The notes beneath the pieces are model-generated. The model saw only the letters and a program-made list of their open reading frames with translations. It was not told the origin of the DNA and ran no database searches. From IMG/VR virus record IMGVR_UViG_3300025671_000038: 64,000 nt of DNA; one strand, 5' to 3'. This stretch comes from a virus. The first letter of the stretch is position 1; each line of letters begins with the position of its first letter. The translations under genes were made by a program, and so were the position numbers. Positions 29,902-39,981 of the stretch are shown here, piece after piece.

Positions 29902-32900
29902 TTAAGGTCCAGTTGCATAGGTAAACGAAACTACCAAAGGAGGTGGAGCTCCAGGTACCGAAGCAGGTACCGCACTCGTACCGCCGGATATAGCAGCGTC
30001 GTAAAAAATAGGCTCTATAGGACCAGAAGTAGTTAGAGATGCTGTAGCTCCTGTCGGGATTGTTCTGTAGTAAAAATTGGTTATATTGGAATCTACAGAA
30101 GAGTTTAACTGCGACACAGCAGAACCAACGGTGAGGTAAGAGGTAGAACCTGTTCCCCCGTCCTTAGTAAAAGTAACACCGGTTGGGAGAGGGTAGTTAT
30201 CAGCACCAGTACTGAGCTCAATATGATCCCCAGGTTTAATGCTATGAATCTCATATCCACCAAGCCACCCGCTCTCATAGCCGAAATCAGCCCACGAGTG
30301 AGCATATGCCTCATCCCAAGAAGAATCCGTAAAAGTTTCCCAGTTTAAAAATTTAGTTCCGAAGTACTTAAGGTTTTCAACTGGTAAAACACCATCAGCA
30401 GGATCCCAGGAAACGTAAGCAGTTCCCCCTGTAACACCCCCACTTAAATAAGGATCGCTGGATACAAGGGATAGCGATCCAGACAGTAGAACGCTAAGTT
30501 TATCATTATTTCCTATATTCCCACTCGATACATCAGCAACCACATTTACAGTAGCAGGAACGTCGTTGGGAGCGAAAGACTGCGCAAAGTAATCGGGCTG
30601 AGTGTATACTCCGTTTATTTCTGCTATTATCGAGTTAACTGTAGATTGAAGATTAGATCCGGATGATGTTGCACCTATTGCACGGCCGTTTATATAAACA
30701 GTAATATCACCCCCGCCGGTAGTTTTCTGGTCTGGGTACGTGCTAGGCAAAACATAATATGCTGTTGCTCCTATCAATGATCCAGTTCCAGAGGTAGCAC
30801 CGACTCCAGATTGGTTAGTTATCACATAAGGGACCTGGAAGCTATATCCGGTAGATCCACTCGGAATAGAAACGATATTCCAAGACTTGTTTAGTGGATC
30901 TATAGATCCGCTAATAAAGATATCGTCGCCTTCCTTAAAATTATGAGGTTGCTCAGTGTGTATGGTCGCGTATCCATATTGGCTGCCGCTTATCCACAGC
31001 GAATAGGCATACTTAATATCGATCATCGACTGGTTGATAGTAAAATTACCGGATGCTCCCACACCCTCGGTATATTTCTTCACACTCAGTTTTTGCCCAT
31101 CAATAGCGTTATTTCCATATACTGCAAAATCGAGAATCTCTTCAGGAATCTGCTTTGCTACCTCAGAAAAAGTTTTTCCCTCCGCCGGATATTCCCATAT
31201 GGAATTATAGGAGTCCCATGTTCTAATGGTCTGATCCCAGAGGTAGTTTTCATTCTCCCTATACCTTGTCCACCCGTCTATTAAAATACTTCTGGGCGAA
31301 ACCTGGATTTTAGACTTCTGTATCTTAACATTTCTGAAGTTGAAGGAGTCGTATAAATTGCACTTAATATCATAAGATCCAGTATATGGAAGGAAATGGG
31401 CTAATTTGTAATAGTCCATAGTATAACCACGATAAGAGAAATAATATGGACTTCCCCCCTGTGTAGGGGATTTTGATATTTCCCACTCTATCTCGTTATA
31501 TGCTGAGAAGTCTATCGAAGACCAGGTTAAAGCTTTGTTGTTAAAATTGAATGTTGGCAGCGTAAGTGAATCCCAGGTCATACCCATTTCATCCCAATCC
31601 CACCTATCAACATCTAACTCCAAAACAACTGGCATACCTAGTGGATTAAGATATTTGTTACCAGTGGTCCTGTTAAGGTCAATGACAGGGTCATTAACAT
31701 CATCACCCAGACTTTTAAGCATCTCGTTTTCCTTTATGTAATAAAAATTAGAGATTGCATTGATCATTTCCCTATTTTGGTCCGGTGTATATTTCTGCCC
31801 GTTATAAAGTGGATTTACACCATTACCAAAATCTGATATGCTGGAATCAATAACGCTGATCGACCCATTAAGGGAGGAATTGGCTGTAGAGTAATAGTAT
31901 AGATTATTAGACTCCTGTGGATTAACGTCTATCGTAACTGTTCCTCCCGTAGCACCGTTATTGACCACTCCCAGTGGATTTATCTGACTTAGTGAAGGGC
32001 TCGTAGTTAGGTAGAGGTCATAATCGTAAGACCCTTGGGTAAGGTTAAGCTTGTATTTCTTACCTCTCATAAAGGTAAGAGATGGGTTAGATCCCGCGAC
32101 ACCATTAACTATAAAAGCATTCCCAGATGGACCTGTCACAGCAAAATTTAAATCAACCACATCATAGTAGTTCATTGGTGCTTGTATCGATGTCTTGCTT
32201 GTACGGGTCCCGAAAGCTCTAAGATCCTCTATAAACCCAAAATCAGGATTAGCAGTGAATGATATATTGTTACCAATGTCGATATCCTCCCTCTCCAGTA
32301 CATCGGTCCATGCTTTGCTGTTATAAATATTGTAATAAACGCCCTCCCCAGTTATGTCGATTATTCTAGCATTGAGGGGAAGGTATGATGCCTTTAATCT
32401 CTCCTTAAGAGCAAATAGCTTAACAAGAACCTCCTCCTGAGTAAAAGCAAATGCTTCCGGAGTATCTGGGTATCCATATGGATCTTTTGTAGAAGAGGTC
32501 GTATTTATATCATAGTAAAGCCCGAATAGTGAGGTCTTTTTATAGGTTCTACTTGGAACCAACGTATTCTCGGATGAAACATCCAACACATACTCGCCAT
32601 CAGAGTTTGGCCCGTAGGTTTGCTCCAGCCTATACTTCCCGGTATTCTCATTATCAAAGACGTCCGCAATGAGATTAGATTGGTTGGGTATTGGTGTATT
32701 TCCGTAATTATTAAGGAAATTCTTGTTCTCTTCCAGTGGGGAAAGATTAAGCTTGTTATATCTCAGATTAAGCCAGTATTCCTTTATCCTTAAATCCTGA
32801 TATCCAAAGAATTTCAGGGCTCCTATTAGTCCTTTGTAGCTGCCTATATATGGGAATATCTCTTCACCGGCAATCATAAGTTCCTTCCTCTTCTCGTTTA

Positions 32901-33954
32901 TCTCGATGTAGTCCGGCAAAGGCTCGGAAGGATCGTGATCCCTAAGTATTGGGGAATCACTACCGAAAAATGCCCTACCTAGATTATTAGTAAGTACATT
33001 GAGCCTCGAGTCTTCACCTATTACCTGACCATAGAAGAGAACTTCTGCTATCTTCTGTGGCTGATTATAGGTTATGTCTTCTATAATCAGCTTCCTCTCG
33101 TATATCTCCGCAGCAAAATCGGGTGCGCTAAGGGCAACATTAACTGAGATAGATCTTGACGGTGTACCAGCCTCTGGGGTAACTATATAACCGTTACTAT
33201 AAGAATCGCTTATATTCTTAATAACTGGGATGGCTATATTTTCATAATTCACTATGGAAGGATCCCCACCAAGGTCTGGGTCATTCTCGGTTATCTGGTA
33301 AGTGAAAACAATATCACTAACATTAGTATTACCGTAGACATCGTTTTCCCACCTAGTTCTCCATAAGGGATCACTAGATGATCCTGTAGACCCGGTATGC
33401 GGTACCCCCAAGAAATCGGATCCAGTTACAGAGTCTTTAAACTGCTGCACTATAAATATTTGCTCGTTCTCATAAAGCCCCGCCGAGACGGGGTCAAAAA
33501 ATATAGACCCTGTGAAATACCCGCCAGGCAAATCAGAGGTTATACATTCAACATAGGCAGTATTATCGTTGGAAATGGTAGTTACCCCGATAACTCTGGA
33601 TAAATTTATAGTAAGGATTGATCCAGAAATGGATATCGAAGAAATCTCACCTTGCAGAATGTTGGAAGGATAGAAGGTAATCTTAAGAGTTATTTTTCCA
33701 CCCTTGGAAACCTTATCGTTAACCGTATTAGCCCAGCTAGTAAGATCGTATCCATTCATATCCAACTTGTTCATATAGAGAACATTGGAAGCAATATCAA
33801 ACAGGGAAATCCTTCCCTGCGGAGGGGTAGAATTAGTGGACCTAGACTCGTAATTAAAATTGTAAGTCAGAGGAGCAGATGCAGTAGCCCCAACATATTC
33901 AAAATTTAGAGGTTCTCCCTTCTTATCAAAAAACTTAAGGTGCCTATTTGCCAT
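29902..33954 (-). CDS. Baseplate wedge-like protein (T4 gp7-like core) with appended domains, 1350 aa
   Basis: IGSYKGLIGALKFFGY and KERLKASYLPL motifs; lies downstream of the gp6-like gene. Confidence 0.5.
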   Translation of the reverse strand: MANRHLKFFDKKGEPLNFEYVGATASAPLTYNFNYESRSTNSTPPQGRISLFDIASNVLYMNKLDMNGYDLTSWANTVNDKVSKGGKITLKITFYPSNILQGEISSISISGSILTINLSRVIGVTTISNDNTAYVECITSDLPGGYFTGSIFFDPVSAGLYENEQIFIVQQFKDSVTGSDFLGVPHTGSTGSSSDPLWRTRWENDVYGNTNVSDIVFTYQITENDPDLGGDPSIVNYENIAIPVIKNISDSYSNGYIVTPEAGTPSRSISVNVALSAPDFAAEIYERKLIIEDITYNQPQKIAEVLFYGQVIGEDSRLNVLTNNLGRAFFGSDSPILRDHDPSEPLPDYIEINEKRKELMIAGEEIFPYIGSYKGLIGALKFFGYQDLRIKEYWLNLRYNKLNLSPLEENKNFLNNYGNTPIPNQSNLIADVFDNENTGKYRLEQTYGPNSDGEYVLDVSSENTLVPSRTYKKTSLFGLYYDINTTSSTKDPYGYPDTPEAFAFTQEEVLVKLFALKERLKASYLPLNARIIDITGEGVYYNIYNSKAWTDVLEREDIDIGNNISFTANPDFGFIEDLRAFGTRTSKTSIQAPMNYYDVVDLNFAVTGPSGNAFIVNGVAGSNPSLTFMRGKKYKLNLTQGSYDYDLYLTTSPSLSQINPLGVVNNGATGGTVTIDVNPQESNNLYYYSTANSSLNGSISVIDSSISDFGNGVNPLYNGQKYTPDQNREMINAISNFYYIKENEMLKSLGDDVNDPVIDLNRTTGNKYLNPLGMPVVLELDVDRWDWDEMGMTWDSLTLPTFNFNNKALTWSSIDFSAYNEIEWEISKSPTQGGSPYYFSYRGYTMDYYKLAHFLPYTGSYDIKCNLYDSFNFRNVKIQKSKIQVSPRSILIDGWTRYRENENYLWDQTIRTWDSYNSIWEYPAEGKTFSEVAKQIPEEILDFAVYGNNAIDGQKLSVKKYTEGVGASGNFTINQSMIDIKYAYSLWISGSQYGYATIHTEQPHNFKEGDDIFISGSIDPLNKSWNIVSIPSGSTGYSFQVPYVITNQSGVGATSGTGSLIGATAYYVLPSTYPDQKTTGGGDITVYINGRAIGATSSGSNLQSTVNSIIAEINGVYTQPDYFAQSFAPNDVPATVNVVADVSSGNIGNNDKLSVLLSGSLSLVSSDPYLSGGVTGGTAYVSWDPADGVLPVENLKYFGTKFLNWETFTDSSWDEAYAHSWADFGYESGWLGGYEIHSIKPGDHIELSTGADNYPLPTGVTFTKDGGTGSTSYLTVGSAVSQLNSSVDSNITNFYYRTIPTGATASLTTSGPIEPIFYDAAISGGTSAVPASVPGAPPPLVVSFTYATGP

Positions 33955-33956
33955 CT

Positions 33957-34487
33957 TTAGAATACTCTCTTGTTGTTAAACGGTACTGTGTAATTAAAGG
34001 AATTCCTTATTTGCTTTACCGATTCGATCAATGCAAAAACTACTCTCTGAAGATAATAGAGGATCTCCGATTTTTTGGGGTCTCTAAAAATAACATTCGA
34101 CATAGTGTTTTGGAAGATCTTCTCCTTGTAATCATACCCACTTCTAATATTATCGTAAGCGGAGTCCCGTATATCATAAAGGTTGTCGGTGGGGTCAAAT
34201 TGGTAATATCTTCTAGCCATGCTATTCCCCTGAATCTTCTTCATAATATCCGTGTACGTGCTGGCACTAGAACAAGGGCCATATAGAGTATCTCCCTTGG
34301 CACTAACAGTAACCTTCCTATACCCGCTGCATCCTATATTATAAGATCTCTCCTGAGCTTTTCCGATGCTCTTATAGAGATCATCACTTGTTTTGAAAAC
34401 AGGCGTTTGGGTTCTAAAAGATATATCATTCGCGGTAAACGAATAGATCTTCTTTCTCTCCAGATATGGGCTGTAGTCTCTTCTCAT
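33957..34487 (-). CDS. Hypothetical baseplate-region protein with degenerate DUF3721-like Cys motif
   Basis: AQERSYNIGCSGYR...YGPCSS motif; tightly packed between baseplate genes. Confidence 0.45.
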   Translation of the reverse strand: MRRDYSPYLERKKIYSFTANDISFRTQTPVFKTSDDLYKSIGKAQERSYNIGCSGYRKVTVSAKGDTLYGPCSSASTYTDIMKKIQGNSMARRYYQFDPTDNLYDIRDSAYDNIRSGYDYKEKIFQNTMSNVIFRDPKKSEILYYLQRVVFALIESVKQIRNSFNYTVPFNNKRVF

Positions 34488-34488
34488 A

Positions 34489-36219
34489 TTATCTGTTGGA
34501 AGCTATTAGCTTTGATTTAGTCTCGGAATTAAGCTCATTGAGGAAATTCTTTGGATTAACCGAAGAAATGGAGATATTTAGTGCCGAAGGTTTCCCAGGA
34601 ACTATTCCTTCCTGATACTCCACACCGTTTCTATCTTCCCATCCTCCCCTCATAAGAACTAGCTCACCTCTTTTTATGATAATATCACCGAAGTCGTCGA
34701 GACCTATCTGTTTGTTCTTTTGAGCAGCACTCGCATTTTGTAAGTTATCAACGGTTCTATGATAATTCTCATTCTGTTCACCTATGAAATAGAAGGAAAC
34801 CGAATCTATTCCCTCTATCGATTCTAGTATCGCTATTATATCGGATTTAGGAATCCTATCTCTTCTCTTATTGTTAAGCATATACTCGGAAATAGAAGTT
34901 CTGACCTTGTCCTTTATGACCTCAGGATCATAGCCCTCAAAAATCGACATAACCACGTTTCCAACAAACCTACTGATCTCAGGTTGTATGATTTTTACAA
35001 CCGTGGTCGCTATCATTCTACCGGAATCCTCAATGAGATTCAGGATGGAAAGCTTTTGAGAGTTAGTGAGTAAGAAACTAGTTTCTGGAATATCGAAATA
35101 ATCCTGGTTGCTAGTCATGTTAATAGTTACATCAGGAACCAAGAAAATATAAACTACGTTATCATCATCCAAGTAATCATCATCGAAAGTTGAGAAAGCC
35201 TGTATCTGAGAAAAGATATTGAATTTCTGTAGGTATATCTCATAATTTTCAGCATTAGCAAACACGAAAGCCCGACTGGTTTTAGGTGCTACCAATCTGG
35301 TAACTTCTATAGGTTCGGGATCAGATCCGAAAGAAGGATCTAGTACGCCGGTCAATTTTAAATAGTTATCAAGGTTAACAGTACTTCCGAAGAGATCTTC
35401 CCCGCTATCCATAAACTTATACGTAAGAACCTGATCAGGCCTGCTCTGAAGATTTCCATTAAATCCAGATGTCTGCAGGTATTCCACCCTTATTGTGGCT
35501 CCCTGTTGTGGAATCTTACCAAAGTTTGAATTACCGAAATAGATGTCTATTCCCTCCTGTATACCGCTCTTAACTAGATATCCCTCCTTGTTAAGAGGTA
35601 TATCATAGAGGGATTCATACCTTTCCCATTTATTGTCGTTGACATAGACATCAACATAAAATTGGTCTATCAGAGCACCAGCTTTCGAAGGAAGATTAAA
35701 ACTCTGTAATGCCCTACCAGTACCTGTAAACGTATTAGAAGCGAAGGATCCTTGAACAATCTTAAAATTAAAAGAAGCTGTCCGGTTAAGTGGTACTTTC
35801 ACGGAAGGAGCTCCGAGTAATATTGAATATGGAAGTCCGTTTTGTATACATTGAATTCTCGGGGTTCCGCTTAATACTACTGCTCCACCACCAACATCAG
35901 ACTCTCTAAGATTCCACGTTAAAGCAATCTCTCCTTGTGCAGCCATTCCTCTTGAAGGATCATGACCAGCGATTCTAGCTAAACTTTTTATTGAGTAGTT
36001 TCTAGTTGCTTCCTGTATATTTAATTCAGTTATCGAATCCTCTATGAAGTACAAAATCATCTGAGAGAGGTTTTCCAACACAAACAATATCTGCCCCCAA
36101 GCAGAAGCAACTGTGAAAACGTTGCGGGATTGGTTGTACGTCCTTTGCAAGAATTGATAAGAGTCGTTTAGTAGACCTCCAATCAGAATGTTGTTCTTCT
36201 TAAAAATATTTTCTGCCAT
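34489..36219 (-). CDS. Baseplate wedge subunit (T4 gp6 / baseplate J-like)
   Basis: SIKSLARIAGHDPSR, FTGTG...QSF, DIYFGNSNFGKIP, IRVEYLQTSG..GN, GSDPEPIE, DYEI-like ENYEI motif. Confidence 0.8.
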   Translation of the reverse strand: MAENIFKKNNILIGGLLNDSYQFLQRTYNQSRNVFTVASAWGQILFVLENLSQMILYFIEDSITELNIQEATRNYSIKSLARIAGHDPSRGMAAQGEIALTWNLRESDVGGGAVVLSGTPRIQCIQNGLPYSILLGAPSVKVPLNRTASFNFKIVQGSFASNTFTGTGRALQSFNLPSKAGALIDQFYVDVYVNDNKWERYESLYDIPLNKEGYLVKSGIQEGIDIYFGNSNFGKIPQQGATIRVEYLQTSGFNGNLQSRPDQVLTYKFMDSGEDLFGSTVNLDNYLKLTGVLDPSFGSDPEPIEVTRLVAPKTSRAFVFANAENYEIYLQKFNIFSQIQAFSTFDDDYLDDDNVVYIFLVPDVTINMTSNQDYFDIPETSFLLTNSQKLSILNLIEDSGRMIATTVVKIIQPEISRFVGNVVMSIFEGYDPEVIKDKVRTSISEYMLNNKRRDRIPKSDIIAILESIEGIDSVSFYFIGEQNENYHRTVDNLQNASAAQKNKQIGLDDFGDIIIKRGELVLMRGGWEDRNGVEYQEGIVPGKPSALNISISSVNPKNFLNELNSETKSKLIASNR

Positions 36220-36223
36220 CTTT

Positions 36224-36595
36224 TTAACTTACTTTCAAAGCAATCGCTGGTGAGGTATTACTTAAACCTGGTAAATAGAAATCCAGATATGCAATATCTC
36301 TCTGAGTACCCTGGTAAAACTTTACCTCAAAATACCCGTTTAACTGGGCAAAAAGAGGAACATAAATCCTAAGATGCTCGTTTATTCTTTCCCTTAAGCT
36401 ACTTTCAGAGAGATCCAGAGAGAAAACCAGATCCTCTAAGTTAAGTCCAAATTTAGGATCACCTAATACTTCTCCACGATTAGTAACGAGCATCATTTTA
36501 AGTTGCCCAACACATATGTCCGTAGGGTTTGTTATCTCAAGGATATTCTCCTTGTAATTGAAATCTTCAGGATCTTTGTTATAAATCTCAACCAT
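36224..36595 (-). CDS. Baseplate wedge subunit (T4 gp25 / GPW-like)
   Basis: LVTNRGEVLGDPKFGLNLEDLVF signature; 123 aa. Confidence 0.8.
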   Translation of the reverse strand: MVEIYNKDPEDFNYKENILEITNPTDICVGQLKMMLVTNRGEVLGDPKFGLNLEDLVFSLDLSESSLRERINEHLRIYVPLFAQLNGYFEVKFYQGTQRDIAYLDFYLPGLSNTSPAIALKVS

Positions 36596-36614
36596 TGGGA
36601 ATTTATTTTCCCAA

Positions 36615-36622
36615 TATATATC
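36615..36622 (-). promoter_or_regulatory. Putative late promoter GATATATA
   Basis: Exact octamer in a 31-nt gap, 19 nt before the gp25-like ATG. Confidence 0.65.
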
Positions 36623-36626
36623 GAGA

Positions 36627-37403
36627 TTAATTCCACTGTAAGAAATAGGAAGGAGTGTTCTCTCCGTTGATCATATCCATCACTTCTTGGAGCTCTTTCT
36701 CACCGTCACTTCTAAGCTCTGAGGTGTTTACACTAACACCACCAGGAAGGTTATAGTTGAAAGCACTAAGCACTCTAGATAGACTTATTTTGGACTTGGC
36801 TAAGCAATAACGTATGAATAATTCGTCGTCATATAGATCATCGTCGTCTATAGCAACAAAGCACCTGACTGCAACGTCCATACCGTTTTGGTCGTATCCT
36901 GTTCCAACCCCTGACATACCAGACCTATTAGGATCTCTACCGAGAATGGTAAGTTTCTTGGTATTCTTATTCCATTTAAAAGCGTAAGTTGGCAGAAGAT
37001 ATGCCTGCGCCAGGTCAAAGTAAGAATACATTACAGTTCTATAAACCAGGTTATCCCCGGTGAACGGAGATAACAGAAGTTCAGATCCCAGGAGTTTGGA
37101 ATCACCAAAGTCACGATCAGGAGTTCCCGATATACCCATTCCATTAACTTCCCTCACGTCGTACACAGTCACGATAGAGGGAGGAAGCTGTATCTGTCTC
37201 GTATTTCTAAAGCTAGGATTTGCAAAAAGATTGTTAGCCAGTATAAAGACCCTATCCTCCACAGCATATTGGTAATTGTCATACATGTAATCACGTGCCC
37301 TTCTAATAATCCTATGAATCTCGTCGTCATTTAGATTATAGGGTAAAGAGCAGCTTGCTGATAAGTCATCCTTGATTTCCTGTACTAATTCCTCTAGAGT
37401 CAT
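36627..37403 (-). CDS. Neck protein (T4 gp13-like)
   Basis: N-terminal helix-loop EL..EI...L...NL.DDEI..II; C-terminal LPGGVSVN...L..G.KEL motif. Confidence 0.7.
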   Translation of the reverse strand: MTLEELVQEIKDDLSASCSLPYNLNDDEIHRIIRRARDYMYDNYQYAVEDRVFILANNLFANPSFRNTRQIQLPPSIVTVYDVREVNGMGISGTPDRDFGDSKLLGSELLLSPFTGDNLVYRTVMYSYFDLAQAYLLPTYAFKWNKNTKKLTILGRDPNRSGMSGVGTGYDQNGMDVAVRCFVAIDDDDLYDDELFIRYCLAKSKISLSRVLSAFNYNLPGGVSVNTSELRSDGEKELQEVMDMINGENTPSYFLQWN

Positions 37404-37404
37404 C

Positions 37405-38802
37405 TCAATAATTCTGATTTTTAAATATTATCCTGCGAATAGGATCATTTAGGTTCTTAAGCCTGGAGTCAGTTATAAATCTACTTTGTCTTATATCACT
37501 GAATCCCTTTACTTCCTCCGTCTCTTTGCTAACATTGGCACTACTTCCAAGGTCAGCCTTTCTGATTACACCGCCATTCACCTCGCAGTTTATCATCTTT
37601 CTGGGACAATCGATGTAGCAAGAATCTAGTAGGTTACCGTAGTCAGCACTAGTGTTGTGTATTTTACTATTATAGACCTTGTTGGAATTAGATATTTGAG
37701 ACTCCATAATCTCAGAATCCTTAACCTCACACCCATAGAGGTTGCAGTTTTCTAATTTGCAATTTCTAATTTTACAATCTATCAGATCAAGGTCAGCAAG
37801 ATATCCGGATCCCTTACACTTGGCATTTTTTAATTGGAATCTCCCAGTAGAAGTATCATAATTGAAGAATGCATATTTCACACCACCCTCCACGATTATA
37901 TCGAACACCTTTTCTCTTATTACGGGGAAATAAGTTTTTATATTTTCCTCATATCCTTTAAGGTCCACCAATAGATGGAAATCCGGGAAATTCATGAAGA
38001 AAGACTCAGGATCAGAAAAACTTCTAACCACCTTAGTATACTCCTTCATCATTTCTTGGAGTCTTTTCAAGTCTGACTGGTTATATCCTCTTTTTCCAGA
38101 TAAAAGGTCGTGCAGGTACAGTACCACATAATCAATAACATCCCTTATGGCAGAGATCTTCTTCTGGTAGTCCTTCCCACCAAGATATCTAATTTCGATA
38201 TATCCCTTGGGTACTTTGGTAAAGTTAGCACCATAGTACTTCTCCTCCGGTATTTTAAAAAGCCTTGGATCTATCGATGATATATTTTCCAGAATAGAAA
38301 ATCTATTCACCGGTACTATCTTTTTAACAGATTTAGCGTAAACATTATTAGTTCGGTTACCGAATTTAGAATAGATCAATCCCTCGTCAATTCCGAGAAC
38401 AAACTTCAATCTGTCCAGCTCCTCCATCCTTTTAAGCTCCCGGTTTTCCTTGGAGAAGCTAACAGAAAATTGGAATGCACATTTATCATTCGTCCATCCA
38501 TTCTCGTCTATCCACCTTAAGGTCTTAATCAGAATTGGGATAGCCTCTGCGTACGGGAGAGGACCAGTAATGAGCTCATTCATATTTGATCCACCAGAAT
38601 AGTCAGGTTCCAACTTGAACGAGTCTGCAGTGGCAGGAACTTTAGAGTGATACTTATTACTCAACACCACTTTCTTTCCCAGAAGTTTAGACAACTGGTC
38701 CACTATCCTTCCCCTAACCATTTCCGAGTAAAATTCAAACTCGAATCCGATTAGGGAAGAACTTAAAGCGCTAGCTTTATCAAAGTGGTTATCTTTACTC
38801 AT
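37405..38802 (-). CDS. Putative amidoligase (COOH-NH2 ligase type 2) with C-terminal pentapeptide-like beta-helix
   Basis: IGFEFEF, LEPDYSG, ELITGP, CAFQFSVSF, EKYYGANF, YIEIRYLGG; C-terminal C/S/I-rich 5-residue periodicity. Start taken at the ATG overlapping the S1 stop (ATGAGTAA). Confidence 0.6.
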   Translation of the reverse strand: MSKDNHFDKASALSSSLIGFEFEFYSEMVRGRIVDQLSKLLGKKVVLSNKYHSKVPATADSFKLEPDYSGGSNMNELITGPLPYAEAIPILIKTLRWIDENGWTNDKCAFQFSVSFSKENRELKRMEELDRLKFVLGIDEGLIYSKFGNRTNNVYAKSVKKIVPVNRFSILENISSIDPRLFKIPEEKYYGANFTKVPKGYIEIRYLGGKDYQKKISAIRDVIDYVVLYLHDLLSGKRGYNQSDLKRLQEMMKEYTKVVRSFSDPESFFMNFPDFHLLVDLKGYEENIKTYFPVIREKVFDIIVEGGVKYAFFNYDTSTGRFQLKNAKCKGSGYLADLDLIDCKIRNCKLENCNLYGCEVKDSEIMESQISNSNKVYNSKIHNTSADYGNLLDSCYIDCPRKMINCEVNGGVIRKADLGSSANVSKETEEVKGFSDIRQSRFITDSRLKNLNDPIRRIIFKNQNY

Positions 38803-39952
38803 CCAATGGTTTAGCAAATATTTTTCCCATCACCGCATCAACTTCATAAATTTCTACGTCGATGGAATCTCCCGCTTTTAATCCCTTATGATCTCTTGAC
38901 ATCCTTCCCTGAGGTATCATTGCCATTAGGCCAAGCTCAGGAATCTCTATCAGAGCTCCATTCTTTCTCTTGTGCTTAATTATTGCATTGACTGGCTCGT
39001 TTGTGCCTTCGTCTATATTCTTTTTAAGGTCATAGACTCTAACAGTTTTCTCCAACGGACCACCAAAGGTCAGGGTTAGTCTATTGTCATCCTTGACTTC
39101 CTTTACATAGAACTCTATCTCATCACCAGCTCTAAACCCTTCGACTACCTGATTTTCAAATTCAGTTTTGTGTATCAGACCTGTGTAAATGTCTTCCCAT
39201 TCCACGAAAACTCCAAATTTAGAAGTACCGGTAACATGTCCCTTATACTTTTTGGTTAGATCCAATTCCTGTATTTTCTGGTCCATTATCTTCTCCAGAT
39301 ACTTCTTATAAGAAACTACAAATATTCCCTTGTGTTGGACATATCCGTCTATCATCACGTAGATAGTTTTACCCACATATGAATCAAAATCCGTTATCTT
39401 ATTAGCAGCTGCTAAAGAACCGGGGAGAAAACATTCGATCCCCTGTACATCTACCAGATATCCACCCTTATTTACTGACTTTATTCTTGCCTCGTATGCA
39501 AGGTTTTCCTTGTGTATCTGCTCGAAGAATTCGACCTTCATGTCATTGATGAACCCTTCAACTACAGATCCATAATAAGTACCCATCACGTTTCTAACTG
39601 TAGCATTCACTTTGCTACCCACAGAAAAGTCCAAACCGGTAATTCCCAGTCTTCTTGCGTCCTTTCCTTCCTTTGACAGGTCAATATAGATAGATTGTCC
39701 TCCTTCAGTCTGAGCTATGCAGTATTCGTCGTTAACTCTTAAAATCTCACATTCATAAGAATTTCCAGCCTTAAGATCCTTGGAATACTCTTTATCCCCC
39801 ATGAAATCGAACATGCGGTCATAAACATCCTGAGCATATGGCTCATGGCAATATACTTTAGATCCGTCTTTAGTTTTGACTTTGTGGTTTACCTCGAATC
39901 TGTTAGGTACATCCCAGTTAAAATCCTCGATAGGAGTATTTTGTTCGCTCAT
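38795..39952 (-). CDS. rpsA: Ribosomal protein S1 homologue (four S1/OB domains)
   Basis: VNKGGYLVDVQGIECFLPGS, TSKFGVFVE..IYTGLIHKTE, GDEIEFYV, GDSIDVEI; N-terminal PIEDFNWD motif. Confidence 0.85.
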   Translation of the reverse strand: MSEQNTPIEDFNWDVPNRFEVNHKVKTKDGSKVYCHEPYAQDVYDRMFDFMGDKEYSKDLKAGNSYECEILRVNDEYCIAQTEGGQSIYIDLSKEGKDARRLGITGLDFSVGSKVNATVRNVMGTYYGSVVEGFINDMKVEFFEQIHKENLAYEARIKSVNKGGYLVDVQGIECFLPGSLAAANKITDFDSYVGKTIYVMIDGYVQHKGIFVVSYKKYLEKIMDQKIQELDLTKKYKGHVTGTSKFGVFVEWEDIYTGLIHKTEFENQVVEGFRAGDEIEFYVKEVKDDNRLTLTFGGPLEKTVRVYDLKKNIDEGTNEPVNAIIKHKRKNGALIEIPELGLMAMIPQGRMSRDHKGLKAGDSIDVEIYEVDAVMGKIFAKPLDE

Positions 39953-39981
39953 TTTTTTGGTATTAAAGTGTTATAACCACT

